This document shows positions 46,548 to 57,283 of a DNA stretch of 64,000 nucleotides, in pieces. The notes below the pieces were generated by a model. It searched no databases, was not told the origin of the DNA, and was given only the letters and a program-made list of their open reading frames with translations. Source of the DNA: Spirochaetota bacterium (lineage in GTDB: Bacteria; Spirochaetota; Brachyspiria; Brachyspirales; JACRPF01); contig JBBTBY010000027.1 in NCBI GenBank assembly GCA_038043445.1, positions 56,153-120,152 on the forward strand. The letters are read 5' to 3'. How positions within the stretch are numbered: position 1 is the first letter of the stretch; each line of letters starts with the position of its first letter. Made by a program: the position numbers and the translations under genes.

Positions 46548-48022
46548 ATCGGGATGACGATATGATAATGCCGATAATGCCGGGCACTGAGCGAAGTCGA
46601 AGTGCTCGAACGGCAAGAGGATTTATTGCTGCGGCCGCGGCATTCGCATCCGTGTTATCCGCACAGGACCTTGTGTTCTACGACCCGGCGGCGACGGCGA
46701 ACGATACGGTCGCGGTACCCGATGCCCCTGTTGCATTGACCGTGCATGCGGAGAAGCCGCTCCTCACGATACCGCCCGAATTCTATGCTGTCAATCAGAC
46801 GATATGCCCCGCGCATTTTGCGTTCCGTAACCGCGAACTCGTGAAGCGCCTTAAGCCGGATGTGATACGTATTTTCACACAGAAACTCACGCTCTGGAGC
46901 AAGGTCGACGGCAAGGGGAAGCGCGAGGATTTCGTGCTCTCATCGAAGAAGGGCGAATATAACTGGAAACAGATCGATGACCATGTGCAGGGTATCGTCG
47001 ACTGCGGGGCAAAACCGTACGTTGCGCTCGGTTTCGGCGCGCCGCCATGGCTGTATTCGTCGGGCTCCGAGCGGCTCGTGCGTCCGCCGCGCGAACGATT
47101 CGATGAATACGCCGAGTACATGGCCGATATCGTACGGCATCTCGCGGTGGAAAAGAGATTCCCGGTACGCTATGTCACCGTTGATAATGAGCCGGAGAAC
47201 GTGAAATATCCCATCGATGACTATGTCGAGCTTGTGCATCTCGCAAAAGCAGCGATACAGAAAGCGGTGCCGGGCGTGATGGTCGGCGGGCCGGTCACCG
47301 GCTATGCGACCTGGGAACAGCCTGACGGAAAGAAACTTTCCTTCGACAGCTCATCACGATACCTGAAAGAAAAACAGACGCCGTTCGATTTCATCGACTG
47401 GCATGTGTATGCAACGGCGCCGAGCGTCGTCATGCGGACGGCGAATATCCTCAGGGATATCTACGGACCGAAAATGGAATTGATACTGAGCGAGCTCAAT
47501 CGCGATTGGCGCTATGCCACCGCGAAGGACCAGGCCACGGCGATATCGAACAATGCGGGATGGGGCTCGGTCGCATGGCTCATCTATCTCTTCGATCATC
47601 TGCAGCGAGCGGGCATCTCGCAGGTGCATTATTTCGACCTGATTTCCAATCCATTCGGGCTCATGGATTACTGGAACACAGAGGCGCGTCCGAACTATTT
47701 CACGTTCTGGGCGTGTACATCGCTCCTCGGAAGGAAGCGTGTCGCTGCGGAGAGCACGCATCCGTCGATCGGCATTATCGCCACGCGCGATGACGGTATG
47801 ACGACGGCGCTCATCTATAATCGCTCGGCAGCCGACAGCGCTGTCACGATACGCGGCATGAACGCAGGGTCGATACTGCGTTTCAGCTCGGATTGGTATG
47901 ACGCGAACAGATCGATAACGAACGATATGCTCCGCATGCCGGCATGGGAAAGCGCTCCTGCATCGATGAGCGTTCCGGCCGGCGGGTTCATCGTCGTGCG
48001 CGCCGCAGAACGGATTGAATAG
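46544..48022 (+). CDS. Glycoside hydrolase, GH-A clan (GH39/GH30/GH5-like)
   Basis: N-terminal Arg-rich signal 'RSRSARTARGFIAAAAAFASVLSA'; 'VRYVTVDNEPEN' acid/base strand. Confidence 0.5.
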   Translation: MNRDDDMIMPIMPGTERSRSARTARGFIAAAAAFASVLSAQDLVFYDPAATANDTVAVPDAPVALTVHAEKPLLTIPPEFYAVNQTICPAHFAFRNRELVKRLKPDVIRIFTQKLTLWSKVDGKGKREDFVLSSKKGEYNWKQIDDHVQGIVDCGAKPYVALGFGAPPWLYSSGSERLVRPPRERFDEYAEYMADIVRHLAVEKRFPVRYVTVDNEPENVKYPIDDYVELVHLAKAAIQKAVPGVMVGGPVTGYATWEQPDGKKLSFDSSSRYLKEKQTPFDFIDWHVYATAPSVVMRTANILRDIYGPKMELILSELNRDWRYATAKDQATAISNNAGWGSVAWLIYLFDHLQRAGISQVHYFDLISNPFGLMDYWNTEARPNYFTFWACTSLLGRKRVAAESTHPSIGIIATRDDGMTTALIYNRSAADSAVTIRGMNAGSILRFSSDWYDANRSITNDMLRMPAWESAPASMSVPAGGFIVVRAAERIE

Positions 48023-48031
48023 GTCCGGGGG

Positions 48032-49045
48032 ATGGAAATGGCTGTCGAAAAACATCGCGGTATGACATTCGGGTATTATGCCCGCAACGGATATTATTCC
48101 TCCGCGAAGGCGCGTGAGGATGTGGACAGGATGGCAGCGCTCAATATCGGCTGGGTATGCGTTGTCGCTATCGTACTGCAGGATACGTTCGCAAGCACGA
48201 GGCAATATCGCGATTTCAAGATGACGCCCGCGGATGACGAGCTGCGCGATATCATCGACTACATACACAAAAAAGGAATGAAGGTGCAGCTTCGCCCCAT
48301 GCTCGAATGCTGGGACGGGACGCAGCGACTTGCGATACGTTTCCCGCGAGAGGAGACGATAATCCCCGGCAAGCCCATTACGCATTGGAGCCAGTGGTTC
48401 GCAAGCATGACCGAGCGTACGCTTCATTATGCTTCGGTCGCGTCGCGCGCCGGCTGTGAGGCATACGGGCTTGACAGCGAGCTCGATCATACCGTCGGCC
48501 AGAACCAGTATTGGAAGAACGTCGTTGCTGCGGCACGGAGCGTGTACAAAGGACATATCACGAGCGGCCATACGAGCGTGGTGAAATTCCCCGATGAACT
48601 CAAGAACAAGGACCATTGGTTCTACGATCTCGATTCACTCGGCACGAGCTTCTATACGGGCGTGGCCGACAAACCCGGTGCAACGCTCGATGAAATGCGT
48701 GCGCATCTGAAGCCATCGCTCGATCATTTCCGTCAGGTCGCATCATGGTACGGCAAGCCGTTCTATTTCGCCGAATGCGGCTGCTGTTCCACCGCAGGTG
48801 CCACGATGCGTCCGGCGTATTGGAAGACCGAGGGCGGATACGACGGCGAAGAGCAGGCGCGTTTCCTCGAAGCGGTACTCGATACGTTCTGGAACGAGCC
48901 GTGGTGGATGGGCATGTACTGGTGGAAATGGGACGAGCAGAACGACAGGCCGTGGTTCCGCGATGATCCTCGCGGCGATAAAGGATTCACCATCGACGGG
49001 AAACCGGCCGCAGAAGTCATGAAGAAATGGTATGGGAAAAAATAG
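48032..49045 (+). CDS. Uncharacterized GH-A-clan-like TIM-barrel hydrolase, paralog B
   Basis: See paralog A: 'LRPMLECWDG', 'GCEAYGLDSELD', 'GKPFYFAECGCCSTAGA', 'YDGEEQARFL', 'WKWDEQ', 'DGKPAAE'. Confidence 0.45.
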   Translation: MEMAVEKHRGMTFGYYARNGYYSSAKAREDVDRMAALNIGWVCVVAIVLQDTFASTRQYRDFKMTPADDELRDIIDYIHKKGMKVQLRPMLECWDGTQRLAIRFPREETIIPGKPITHWSQWFASMTERTLHYASVASRAGCEAYGLDSELDHTVGQNQYWKNVVAAARSVYKGHITSGHTSVVKFPDELKNKDHWFYDLDSLGTSFYTGVADKPGATLDEMRAHLKPSLDHFRQVASWYGKPFYFAECGCCSTAGATMRPAYWKTEGGYDGEEQARFLEAVLDTFWNEPWWMGMYWWKWDEQNDRPWFRDDPRGDKGFTIDGKPAAEVMKKWYGKK

Positions 49046-49057
49046 GGAGGATGGTGC

Positions 49058-51673
49058 ATGAAGAGACTCATCGCATTGATCGCAAGCGCTGTTCTTGTTA
49101 TACCGCTCTTTGGAGCGGGAACGTACGCAACAAAGACCGCAGGACTTTTCCGCGGCTATGCCATCGGCGCGATACGCCCCGATGAAGGCACCGTTGAGGT
49201 CTCCGCGGTCATCGACAAGGCTGCAGCAGAGTTCGGCAACGGCTGGAATTTCTTTTTCCAGGTGGTACCGTCGCAGAAGATCGGTACGGGTGCGAACACG
49301 CTCCTCGGCATATTCACGCCCGCGCTTCCCGAGACCGGGCTTGCCTTCCTGCTGCGCACCGGCCGCGATTATTACCGGGTCAACGTAAAGGATTTTGTCT
49401 ATACGCCCCGCAAGCGGGTCACACTTGCGATACGCTGGGGAAAGAAACTCACCGGTTTCATCGACGGGAAGCCCGTGGGAACAGCGGTCATGCGGGAGAG
49501 CTTTGATGAGAAGCTCCTTTCCTACGTGTTCCGCGTCGATCGATTCTCGCCGTGCAATGTCCGGTCAATGAAGATATCGACACGTGAGCTCGCTGACAGT
49601 GAGATGACGCCTTCGAGCGATGAATTCCGTGCGGACGCGGATACCTCGTTCATTGCGCTCAATGACTTTGCCGACGTACGGGAGCTCACGAGCACCTGGC
49701 ACCGTGCAAGTGGGTATGCCGCGCTCCTGCCGGCATGGCGCGCCGAAACGCAGGTGTTCACTGAGGGGGAGCATACGTTCTTTCCGTTCATCGGCGTGAA
49801 TTACGGTACGCGCCCGAAGACATATACGATCGATATGACCGTGAAGGATTACAACGGCATCGATGTGCCGGTGAAGAGCGCTTCGATAACGCTTCCGGCG
49901 GACGGGAAACATCACATCACCGAAATACCGCTTCCTGAACTTGCGGCACAGAACTACTATTTCGTGAACGCGGGCGTATCCGGCGACGCATCATCGACGT
50001 TCTCCGGAGCGATATCCGTCGTGCCTGCGGCCGATCCATCGAAGGACGGCGCGCTTGCTCTGTTCTACGGACAGCATCAGCATTGGGATTTCAGTACGGC
50101 GCCGTTCGCGAAGCTTGGGACGAAGATAACACGGAATTGGACGGACGGGAATTTCCTCTGGCACTGCATCGAGCCGGAGCGGGGAACATATCAGTGGGCG
50201 CGCACGGATGCGTACGTGAAGGAATGCCGTGAAGCGGGAATGGAGATACTTGCCGTGCTCGGATATCCGTCGCGCTGGGCGGCCGAGGAACCGTCGGAGG
50301 AGCATAAGAAAAAGCATCCCCTTGCCTGCCGCCCTGAGCGATGGAAGCCGCTCGACAACGCAGCATGGGGGAAGTATATCTACGAAACGGTCAAGCGGTA
50401 TAAGGAAGTCAAGTATTGGGAAATATATAATGAAGTGAACTTCTCTCCGCCGGGACTCCCGGCAACGTTCTCGGGGACGCCTGAGGATTATTTTGAGCTC
50501 CTGAAGATCGCCTATGCGGAAGCCAAACGCGCGAACCCTGCCTGCACCGTGCTCATCAGCGGGTTTTCCGCCGATGTAAACGTTGAGATGCCGATACAAC
50601 TTATCAACATGGGCGCGCTTAACTACTGCGATATCTTCAACGTCCACGGGTACAGCGGTGTGCCGGGGGCTGCCGCCTGGGTCGCCGCCATGAAGAAGAA
50701 AAAGCCCATGCCGTACTGGATGACCGAGCATATGTGGCATCTTGAGGAGAATATAGCGAAGCGGCAGTTTCTCACTGTGCAGTATTTTGCCGATTTCCTC
50801 GCGGCAGGGTATGACCGATTCATCAATATGGGCACGCATGAAGTATTCTTCAGCCGATACAATTATTCACCCACACCGGATTTTCACACGACCGCGGTGT
50901 TCCAGAAAAGCATACGCATGTGCACGCGCTTCGGCGGGGCGTATACATTCCCCGGGAGCGATTCATTCGCCGTACGGCATCACTTCAGCAGAACGGACGG
51001 TAAGACGCTTTCTATCATCGGTTCTGAGCTCGGATCATTCGATGTGCGCATCAAGGGGACGCTCGCTGCGCGGGATATCATGGGCCAGCCGATGACCGTT
51101 ACTGACGACGGCGGAGAAAGCGTGGTGCCGTTGAAGAGCGTCGCGTACCTTGTGAGCGAGAAGCCGCTGACGATCACCGGTGTGAAGGCGACATCGAAGA
51201 TAGCGCTCTGCCAGAACGGCGGCTTCGAGGATATCGAGGGCGATATTGGCATGGGCGGGCTTAAGTCCGGCCGCGCGCGCAATTGGCTTTTCCGCGACAA
51301 GACGTTCGATCCGGCCGGGACCGTCATGCTGAGCGATGCGCCGAACACGGGGAAATATGCGTACCGTATAACATCGAGCGGGAAGGGGCGCGTCTATCTC
51401 TTCCAGTACATGAAGACGTTTACGCCGGGGACATACATCGTATCCGCAGCGTTCAAGAGAACGGCAGGCGATCCGAAGCCGTATTTCTTTTATTTCGATA
51501 TGGAGCACAACAAGGTCATCAACAAGACATTCGATGATGTCGGCGGAGATTATCGGAAATGTACCTGGGAGATAGAACTTCCCAAACTCGAAAAGCTCGC
51601 CGTCGGCGCGGGCATACTGGAAGGCGATGGATCGATACTCGTCGATGATATCAATTTTGAGATAGCGCAATGA
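49058..51673 (+). CDS. Large secreted glycoside-hydrolase-like protein with C-terminal CBM4/9-type module
   Basis: Signal peptide; central 'KYWEIYNEVNF' (NEx acid/base-like) TIM-barrel region; C-terminal 'CQNGGFEDIEGD...W...' CBM_4_9-like. Confidence 0.5.
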   Translation: MKRLIALIASAVLVIPLFGAGTYATKTAGLFRGYAIGAIRPDEGTVEVSAVIDKAAAEFGNGWNFFFQVVPSQKIGTGANTLLGIFTPALPETGLAFLLRTGRDYYRVNVKDFVYTPRKRVTLAIRWGKKLTGFIDGKPVGTAVMRESFDEKLLSYVFRVDRFSPCNVRSMKISTRELADSEMTPSSDEFRADADTSFIALNDFADVRELTSTWHRASGYAALLPAWRAETQVFTEGEHTFFPFIGVNYGTRPKTYTIDMTVKDYNGIDVPVKSASITLPADGKHHITEIPLPELAAQNYYFVNAGVSGDASSTFSGAISVVPAADPSKDGALALFYGQHQHWDFSTAPFAKLGTKITRNWTDGNFLWHCIEPERGTYQWARTDAYVKECREAGMEILAVLGYPSRWAAEEPSEEHKKKHPLACRPERWKPLDNAAWGKYIYETVKRYKEVKYWEIYNEVNFSPPGLPATFSGTPEDYFELLKIAYAEAKRANPACTVLISGFSADVNVEMPIQLINMGALNYCDIFNVHGYSGVPGAAAWVAAMKKKKPMPYWMTEHMWHLEENIAKRQFLTVQYFADFLAAGYDRFINMGTHEVFFSRYNYSPTPDFHTTAVFQKSIRMCTRFGGAYTFPGSDSFAVRHHFSRTDGKTLSIIGSELGSFDVRIKGTLAARDIMGQPMTVTDDGGESVVPLKSVAYLVSEKPLTITGVKATSKIALCQNGGFEDIEGDIGMGGLKSGRARNWLFRDKTFDPAGTVMLSDAPNTGKYAYRITSSGKGRVYLFQYMKTFTPGTYIVSAAFKRTAGDPKPYFFYFDMEHNKVINKTFDDVGGDYRKCTWEIELPKLEKLAVGAGILEGDGSILVDDINFEIAQ

Positions 51674-51697
51674 CGGCAGCGCCGAAAGGGACATGAT

Positions 51698-52447
51698 ATG
51701 CCGGTGCCGGTGCTTGAAAAAACGATACAGATACTCGATCATCTGCTCGAGCATAAGGAGCCGCTTGCGCTCACGGAGATATACTCCACGCTGAAACTAT
51801 CGAAAGCGACCGCGTATAATATCCTTGAGACGCTCGCTTTGCACGGGCTCGTACAGAAAGAGGAGCATCGCGGCGGATACTCGCTCGGCAAGGGGTTCAT
51901 CGTCTACGCGAACGCGATCGAGAAGCGCTCGGACCACATCGGGAAGATACGCGCGCTCATGCGAACAGCAGCGCACGAACTTAAGGAGACGATGAAACTT
52001 TCCACGCTGCACGGCGAAAGCGCGTATGTGCTCGATGTCGTCATCCCTGAGAACGGCTATCCCGTCCATTCATCGCCGGGGCGGTCGTTCCCGCTCTATG
52101 CCGGCGGTGCGTCGAAAGTGCTTCTCGCGAGGCAGAACGAGGCGTATTTCCGCGATTACCTGAAGCGTCATGGCGCGGACATCAAGCGCGTGTTCGGGAG
52201 CATGATGAAATTCGAGAGCGTGATCGATACGGTGCGCAAAGAGCATGCGGCGGTCGATGATGGTGAATTCGAATCGACAGTCGGCGCTGTGGCTGTCGAT
52301 GTGACCGCCGAAGAGAACATGCCGCTTGCGGTAAGCTGCGTATTCCACCGGTCTGCGGATATACGGGAAAAAGTGAGTTCGGTGCGTGCGGTTATGGAAC
52401 GTGTGTTCAGCGTGTCGTCCGCAAGACACCGGACGGGAAGCCGGTAG
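51698..52447 (+). CDS. IclR-family transcriptional regulator
   Basis: 'LDHLLEHKEPLALTEIYSTLKLSKATAYNILETLALHGLV' wHTH plus a C-terminal effector domain. Confidence 0.75.
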   Translation: MPVPVLEKTIQILDHLLEHKEPLALTEIYSTLKLSKATAYNILETLALHGLVQKEEHRGGYSLGKGFIVYANAIEKRSDHIGKIRALMRTAAHELKETMKLSTLHGESAYVLDVVIPENGYPVHSSPGRSFPLYAGGASKVLLARQNEAYFRDYLKRHGADIKRVFGSMMKFESVIDTVRKEHAAVDDGEFESTVGAVAVDVTAEENMPLAVSCVFHRSADIREKVSSVRAVMERVFSVSSARHRTGSR

Positions 52448-52510
52448 TTCGGTGGAAAACCACATCGACCTAGACGGCTCATTCTCCGGGACGCTCACGG
52501 GGGGATCATA

Positions 52511-53662
52511 ATGCAGAGAGCTCATGGGTACGCGTTTCGGGCCATGTCGTCGTTCGTCCGGATGCTCGTTTTTACTTTTTGCCTCGCCGACTGTTTCGCA
52601 CTTGAGGTCGGGGTCAATATGATCAGCGTCGGGAACGAGTATGCCAACCCCGAGTTCCAGGATGAAAAAATACTGCCATTCCTCGCTATGCTCAAATCGG
52701 AAGGGTTCGAGCGCGTGAGCTTTCGTGTCACCTGGTCGCGCATGGAAGTCACCGAGGGGGTGTACAATGAGGCATACATTAAGAACCTCCGGCGGCTTTA
52801 CCACGCTGCGGAGAAGGCAGGACTCAAGGCATTGCTCGATTTTCACACGCTTTTCAAGCGGCAGGTGTATGCGTGCCCGGCGTGGGTATCGAATTATACC
52901 GATGTGAGGACAGGCGGACCGGGCGTCCACAGCGTCATCATGACCGTACGCCATCCCGCGGTAGGAAAGCGTTATATCGATATGCAGCGGCACGTGGCGA
53001 AGGCCCTTGCCGGATGCGGCGCTATCGATTCCGTATCGGTTATGAATGAGCCGTTCACCCTCGAATGGGCAAAGCCCGACGCAATGCGCGCCGAGCAGGC
53101 CGCGCTTACGACGTATCTCTGTCGAGCCGCGAGAGAGCTCAAAGAGACTGTGCCGCGCTGGAAGACCACCGTGCGCTTCTGCATGCCCTACAGCCCCTGG
53201 GCGCTGGACGATACCAAGCGCTTCGGCATCGAGGAACTCATGGGGGCGCTGGATATCTTCTCCCTCAATAACTATCTGGACCCGGCGAACCCCGCCGATA
53301 CCCGTCCGCTGAAAGGAACACCTTCGGGGTCGTGGGTTACGTTCGCCGAGACCGCACGCCGCTGTCACGCAGCCGGCAAGGGGTTCTGGGTCACGGAGTT
53401 CGGTTGCCCCGTGGATGGCGAGGTGAATGATGAGGGCTCGGGAATGAAGGTGCCGCCTGGCGGACAGGCCCGTTATTACGATGCTTTTTTCGCTCGGCTG
53501 TATGCCATGGAATATCAACCTCAGTCGGCGCTGGCGTGGGTGATGAGCCTCGGGGCGGCGGGGAGATCATTGGATAGCTACGCCCTTTGGGATCGCGTAA
53601 GCGCATCGTTCACGGATGGGGGCAAGGCGCTCGTACGACATGCGAACGTTGGGGGAAAGTAG
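52511..53662 (+). CDS. Glycoside hydrolase family 5
   Basis: 'VSVMNEPF' (NEP acid/base) and 'GFWVTEFG' (nucleophile). Signal peptide. Confidence 0.7.
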   Translation: MQRAHGYAFRAMSSFVRMLVFTFCLADCFALEVGVNMISVGNEYANPEFQDEKILPFLAMLKSEGFERVSFRVTWSRMEVTEGVYNEAYIKNLRRLYHAAEKAGLKALLDFHTLFKRQVYACPAWVSNYTDVRTGGPGVHSVIMTVRHPAVGKRYIDMQRHVAKALAGCGAIDSVSVMNEPFTLEWAKPDAMRAEQAALTTYLCRAARELKETVPRWKTTVRFCMPYSPWALDDTKRFGIEELMGALDIFSLNNYLDPANPADTRPLKGTPSGSWVTFAETARRCHAAGKGFWVTEFGCPVDGEVNDEGSGMKVPPGGQARYYDAFFARLYAMEYQPQSALAWVMSLGAAGRSLDSYALWDRVSASFTDGGKALVRHANVGGK

Positions 53663-53722
53663 TCGATAGCATACCGCAGATGCATACCGTCCGACCGATG
53701 CTATCCGTGCTCTCTACCGCAT

Positions 53723-55363
53723 TCAATTCCCGCGCACACCGGCAGCGCCGATGCACATGACGCGGAACTCATTGCCGGTGCTCAGCGGATTCTTCTCAGC
53801 GAGCACCTCAATGAGGATACGATGCATGCCGCCCTTTCCCGGATCGAGCATTATCATACGCCGATACCCGCCCCAGGTCTGATCGAACCATGCATCTGCG
53901 ATCGTCGGTTCTCCACCATCGATGGATATCTTCGCTTTCCCCATGGGGCCGCGTATCACCCAGAATGAAAGGAATATCCGTTCGCCCGACATCTCTATCT
54001 CCAGGACGCTCCCCGGCTTGACCGTCCTCAGGCATTTCATATCCTGCGGCGATTCGAGCGCCCATCCTTCATTGACGACGGGTGTGATGGCGTCCGCTTC
54101 GATGAGCTTCGTGAACTGATACATATCGGTGAGGAGCGGTGCGGGGAATTCGCTGCCGCTGCCGGAATCCGGCGCCGCGCGAAGACGATCGAGCATTTCG
54201 CCGAGGAGCTTTCCCGCATACGCATGACCGCGGTCGTTCGGATGTATATTGTCCGGACTGATATCCTTCCATGCGATGCGTTTTGCCTCGATCTCGGGCC
54301 ACAGCAGATCGCGGTAGCTGACCATGGGCAGTCCGTAATGCGCCCCGATTTTGCTCTGCCATTCCTGTGCATTATCGCCTGATTCCTTCACCATGAACAT
54401 GAGGAGCACGCCGGGCTTTGACGGATGTGTGAGTATCCGGCGTATGACGCCCTCATACGATTCGGCGCGCTCCTGTGTGTTCATGTCGTTCACGGCGTAT
54501 TCAACGACGATGCAGTCCGGGTTCTTGGAGAGGAGATCGCGTTCAACGCGGAGCGCTCCGTAGTCCGATGATGTCGCGCCGATGCCGGCATTCACGAGAA
54601 CGCATTGCGCGTTGGGGAAATGTTCCTGCCACCATTTCAGAAGATGAGCCGCGTAGCGTTTGTCGGCGCTGCTTGCGCTCGCCCCCTGCGTTATCGATCC
54701 CCCGATGACGCCGATGACGGTCTTCTCGCCGCGTGCGGCCTTCGCGAAAATGCGCTTTATCCGCGTATTGTTGCCGTCGCTCACCAGCGCGCGGGAGAAC
54801 CATTCTGTCGGCAGAGGCTTTTTCAGCGCGAGCATCGCCTCTTCGGTCCGTTCATCGCGGACGGCGGTGATGTCATCGAACCATGCCGTTCCCGACCCGT
54901 AGACTATCGTTTTCACCTGCATGGATACCGCTTTCGCCGGTACGGTCACGCGCACGGAATATTTTTTCCAGTCGACCGTGCCCGATACGAGAGAGCTGCC
55001 GGTGTAGGAGATACGCGAGCCTTTCTCGTCGAGGCAGTCGCCGGAGAGATACGCTCCGCGGGTGACGCCGTCGGTCTTAAGGACGAATTCGATGAGATAT
55101 ACCTCGCCCTCGCGCACCGCTATCTTCTGATACGCGTTCGGCCATGCTTTTTTTTCGGTGGGGGGAACGGTTATCCTGAGCGACGCATCACCGGCATATT
55201 TCACCTGCGTATCGCGGGTGAAGAGCGCATCGACATCGCCCGCATCGGTCATCCAGAACGCGTTCGAATCGCCTTCATCAAAACCGCCGTTCGTGAGGGC
55301 GGATCCGGCAGAAAGCGCGGTGGCCGCGAGCATGAGCAGGATAGATACCCTTGTCATCTGCAT
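53723..55363 (-). CDS. SGNH/GDSL-family carbohydrate esterase with N-terminal CBM4/9-like module
   Basis: Signal peptide, 'NGGFDEGDSNAFW' CBM-like start, 'VIGVIGGSITQGA' SGNH block I, 'NDRGH' block V-like. Confidence 0.6.
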   Translation of the reverse strand: MQMTRVSILLMLAATALSAGSALTNGGFDEGDSNAFWMTDAGDVDALFTRDTQVKYAGDASLRITVPPTEKKAWPNAYQKIAVREGEVYLIEFVLKTDGVTRGAYLSGDCLDEKGSRISYTGSSLVSGTVDWKKYSVRVTVPAKAVSMQVKTIVYGSGTAWFDDITAVRDERTEEAMLALKKPLPTEWFSRALVSDGNNTRIKRIFAKAARGEKTVIGVIGGSITQGASASSADKRYAAHLLKWWQEHFPNAQCVLVNAGIGATSSDYGALRVERDLLSKNPDCIVVEYAVNDMNTQERAESYEGVIRRILTHPSKPGVLLMFMVKESGDNAQEWQSKIGAHYGLPMVSYRDLLWPEIEAKRIAWKDISPDNIHPNDRGHAYAGKLLGEMLDRLRAAPDSGSGSEFPAPLLTDMYQFTKLIEADAITPVVNEGWALESPQDMKCLRTVKPGSVLEIEMSGERIFLSFWVIRGPMGKAKISIDGGEPTIADAWFDQTWGGYRRMIMLDPGKGGMHRILIEVLAEKNPLSTGNEFRVMCIGAAGVRGN

Positions 55364-55372
55364 TCGCGTATC

Positions 55373-57208
55373 CTATTTGAAACGAAAGACCGTGATGCTC
55401 TGCCTGGGCACCGTGTCCGTGAATGTTCCGTTCACCGGGCCTTCGGCAATCCCGGCAAGGTCGGTACTTTCCGCGCTTATGGTCTCATCGTAGCGCGCGC
55501 GGCGGTAGCTTTTCGCCGGTATACCGGGGTCTATCGATACCTTCTGATCATTGAAGGCACCGTTCATTACGAACACGATGACGGTGCCGTTCGCGGACGC
55601 GGCGACCGTACGTATAAGGCCCTCGGGTTCATCGCATGATGTGCGCAGTATCTGCGCGCCGCGCGGGCAGTAGCGCGTGAAGAGCGAGTAGGAGAAGTAC
55701 ACGGGTCGGAACTTCCAGTCCTCGTTCTTGAATTCCCAGAGACCGTAATCCATGAAATTGAATCCGGGATAATTGACACGATGCAATGTCCATATCGAAA
55801 GACCGCTCACGCCCTGAGCGAGCGTATCGATGCAGACGTTCCCAATCAAAAGGCCGTTCTCATATGTACGCATGAACCTATTGTTCGTGTCTATTGTGCT
55901 CTTGTCCGACACGCCGAACTCGGTAAGCATTATCTCCTTGTTCTTCCAGTTCGGGTCGAGCTTTTTAAGGATGTCCCAGCGCTCGGCTATATGATCGCCG
56001 AAGGCGGCGACATCGTTCTTCCGTTTATAACTGTGTGTCGAATACATGTCCGCGATGTCATTGAGCGACTTCGCGGTCAAGCGGAACCAGGAGATGTCCG
56101 ATGACTCATCGGCTACGGCCATCCTGATCTGTTTGCGCAGGCCCGCTTTTGCGAGCGCTTCGTGCACGCTGCGGTTCAGTTCGACATATCGTTCGAAGGT
56201 GAACCCTTTTTTCTTGAAGGTGATCTCCGGCTCATTATAGACCATGTAGTATGCAATGCAGGAGTATCCTTTTTTGTTCACGAGGTGATCGAGGAGCGCT
56301 GCCACACCCTTTCCGTGTTTTTCGGCGGGCATTTCCAGGGGGTTCTTCGCTCCCCATTCCACCGTGCAGATGATGACGCGCGAACCGATCTTCTGATGCA
56401 TATCAAGTATTCGGTAGAGGCTCTGCATGCCGTCGCTTGTCCAGTCGAACGTCTCGGCGTCGACCGATGGGTTCCACATGCTCCATGGGACGAACACGCG
56501 CGCTATGCTCATTCCCATGTCCTTCATGCGCCCGAATATGATATCGCCGTCCTCATCGACAACGCCTTTCTTGCGGTTCTCGCTGTTGAAAAGCCACGGA
56601 TCGGTCTCCGCACCGAAGCCGCCGAAGTTCGCGGTAATGACCTCGCCGGTATTTCTGATGCGTACAACGTCCTTTGCGATGGTCGGCGTTGCGCTGTAAT
56701 TTTCCTTGCGCGTAAGCGTTACGTCATCGAACCACACGCTGCCGGAGCCCATGAGAAGGAGCCGGAAGCGCACCTTCACCGTCCCCGCAGGAGTTACGCC
56801 GGACAATGTCATCCGAACCCAGTCATCGCTCGTACCGGACACACCGCCCGCCTGATCATGGGATATCCGCTTCCCCTGCGCATCGAGATACTCGATCGCG
56901 GCGTACGCGATGCCTTTCACCTGATCGACCTTCAGGTAGAAAACGGCCTTATAGTACTGCGCCGGGGCGCCGTCGGGGAATTCCTTCTCGATGGCGGGCC
57001 ACGCCTGCTTCTCGCCTGCCGCCACGCGCATGCGCGCAGATGCCGCGCCGCTGCGGAACACCGCGGTATCCCGCGCGAATTCAACGGTGATGCCGCCATT
57101 GTTGAGAAGCCAGTTCTCTTCAAGCGGCCGTTCGAAACCGCCGTCCGAAAGGATATTCCCGTATGTCAGCATTGAGACCGCCGATAACACGAATAGTATG
57201 TATTTCAT
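55373..57208 (-). CDS. Glycoside hydrolase family 5 with N-terminal CBM4/9-like module
   Basis: 'SDGGFERPLEENW' CBM-like; 'YMVYNEPE' acid/base; 'IMLTEFG' nucleophile. Confidence 0.65.
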   Translation of the reverse strand: MKYILFVLSAVSMLTYGNILSDGGFERPLEENWLLNNGGITVEFARDTAVFRSGAASARMRVAAGEKQAWPAIEKEFPDGAPAQYYKAVFYLKVDQVKGIAYAAIEYLDAQGKRISHDQAGGVSGTSDDWVRMTLSGVTPAGTVKVRFRLLLMGSGSVWFDDVTLTRKENYSATPTIAKDVVRIRNTGEVITANFGGFGAETDPWLFNSENRKKGVVDEDGDIIFGRMKDMGMSIARVFVPWSMWNPSVDAETFDWTSDGMQSLYRILDMHQKIGSRVIICTVEWGAKNPLEMPAEKHGKGVAALLDHLVNKKGYSCIAYYMVYNEPEITFKKKGFTFERYVELNRSVHEALAKAGLRKQIRMAVADESSDISWFRLTAKSLNDIADMYSTHSYKRKNDVAAFGDHIAERWDILKKLDPNWKNKEIMLTEFGVSDKSTIDTNNRFMRTYENGLLIGNVCIDTLAQGVSGLSIWTLHRVNYPGFNFMDYGLWEFKNEDWKFRPVYFSYSLFTRYCPRGAQILRTSCDEPEGLIRTVAASANGTVIVFVMNGAFNDQKVSIDPGIPAKSYRRARYDETISAESTDLAGIAEGPVNGTFTDTVPRQSITVFRFK

Positions 57209-57283
57209 AGGACGCTCCGGTATGATCTTTCATAAGCATACGATATCGCCCGTAAAAATGCCAATGGATATTTTGGTAAATGT

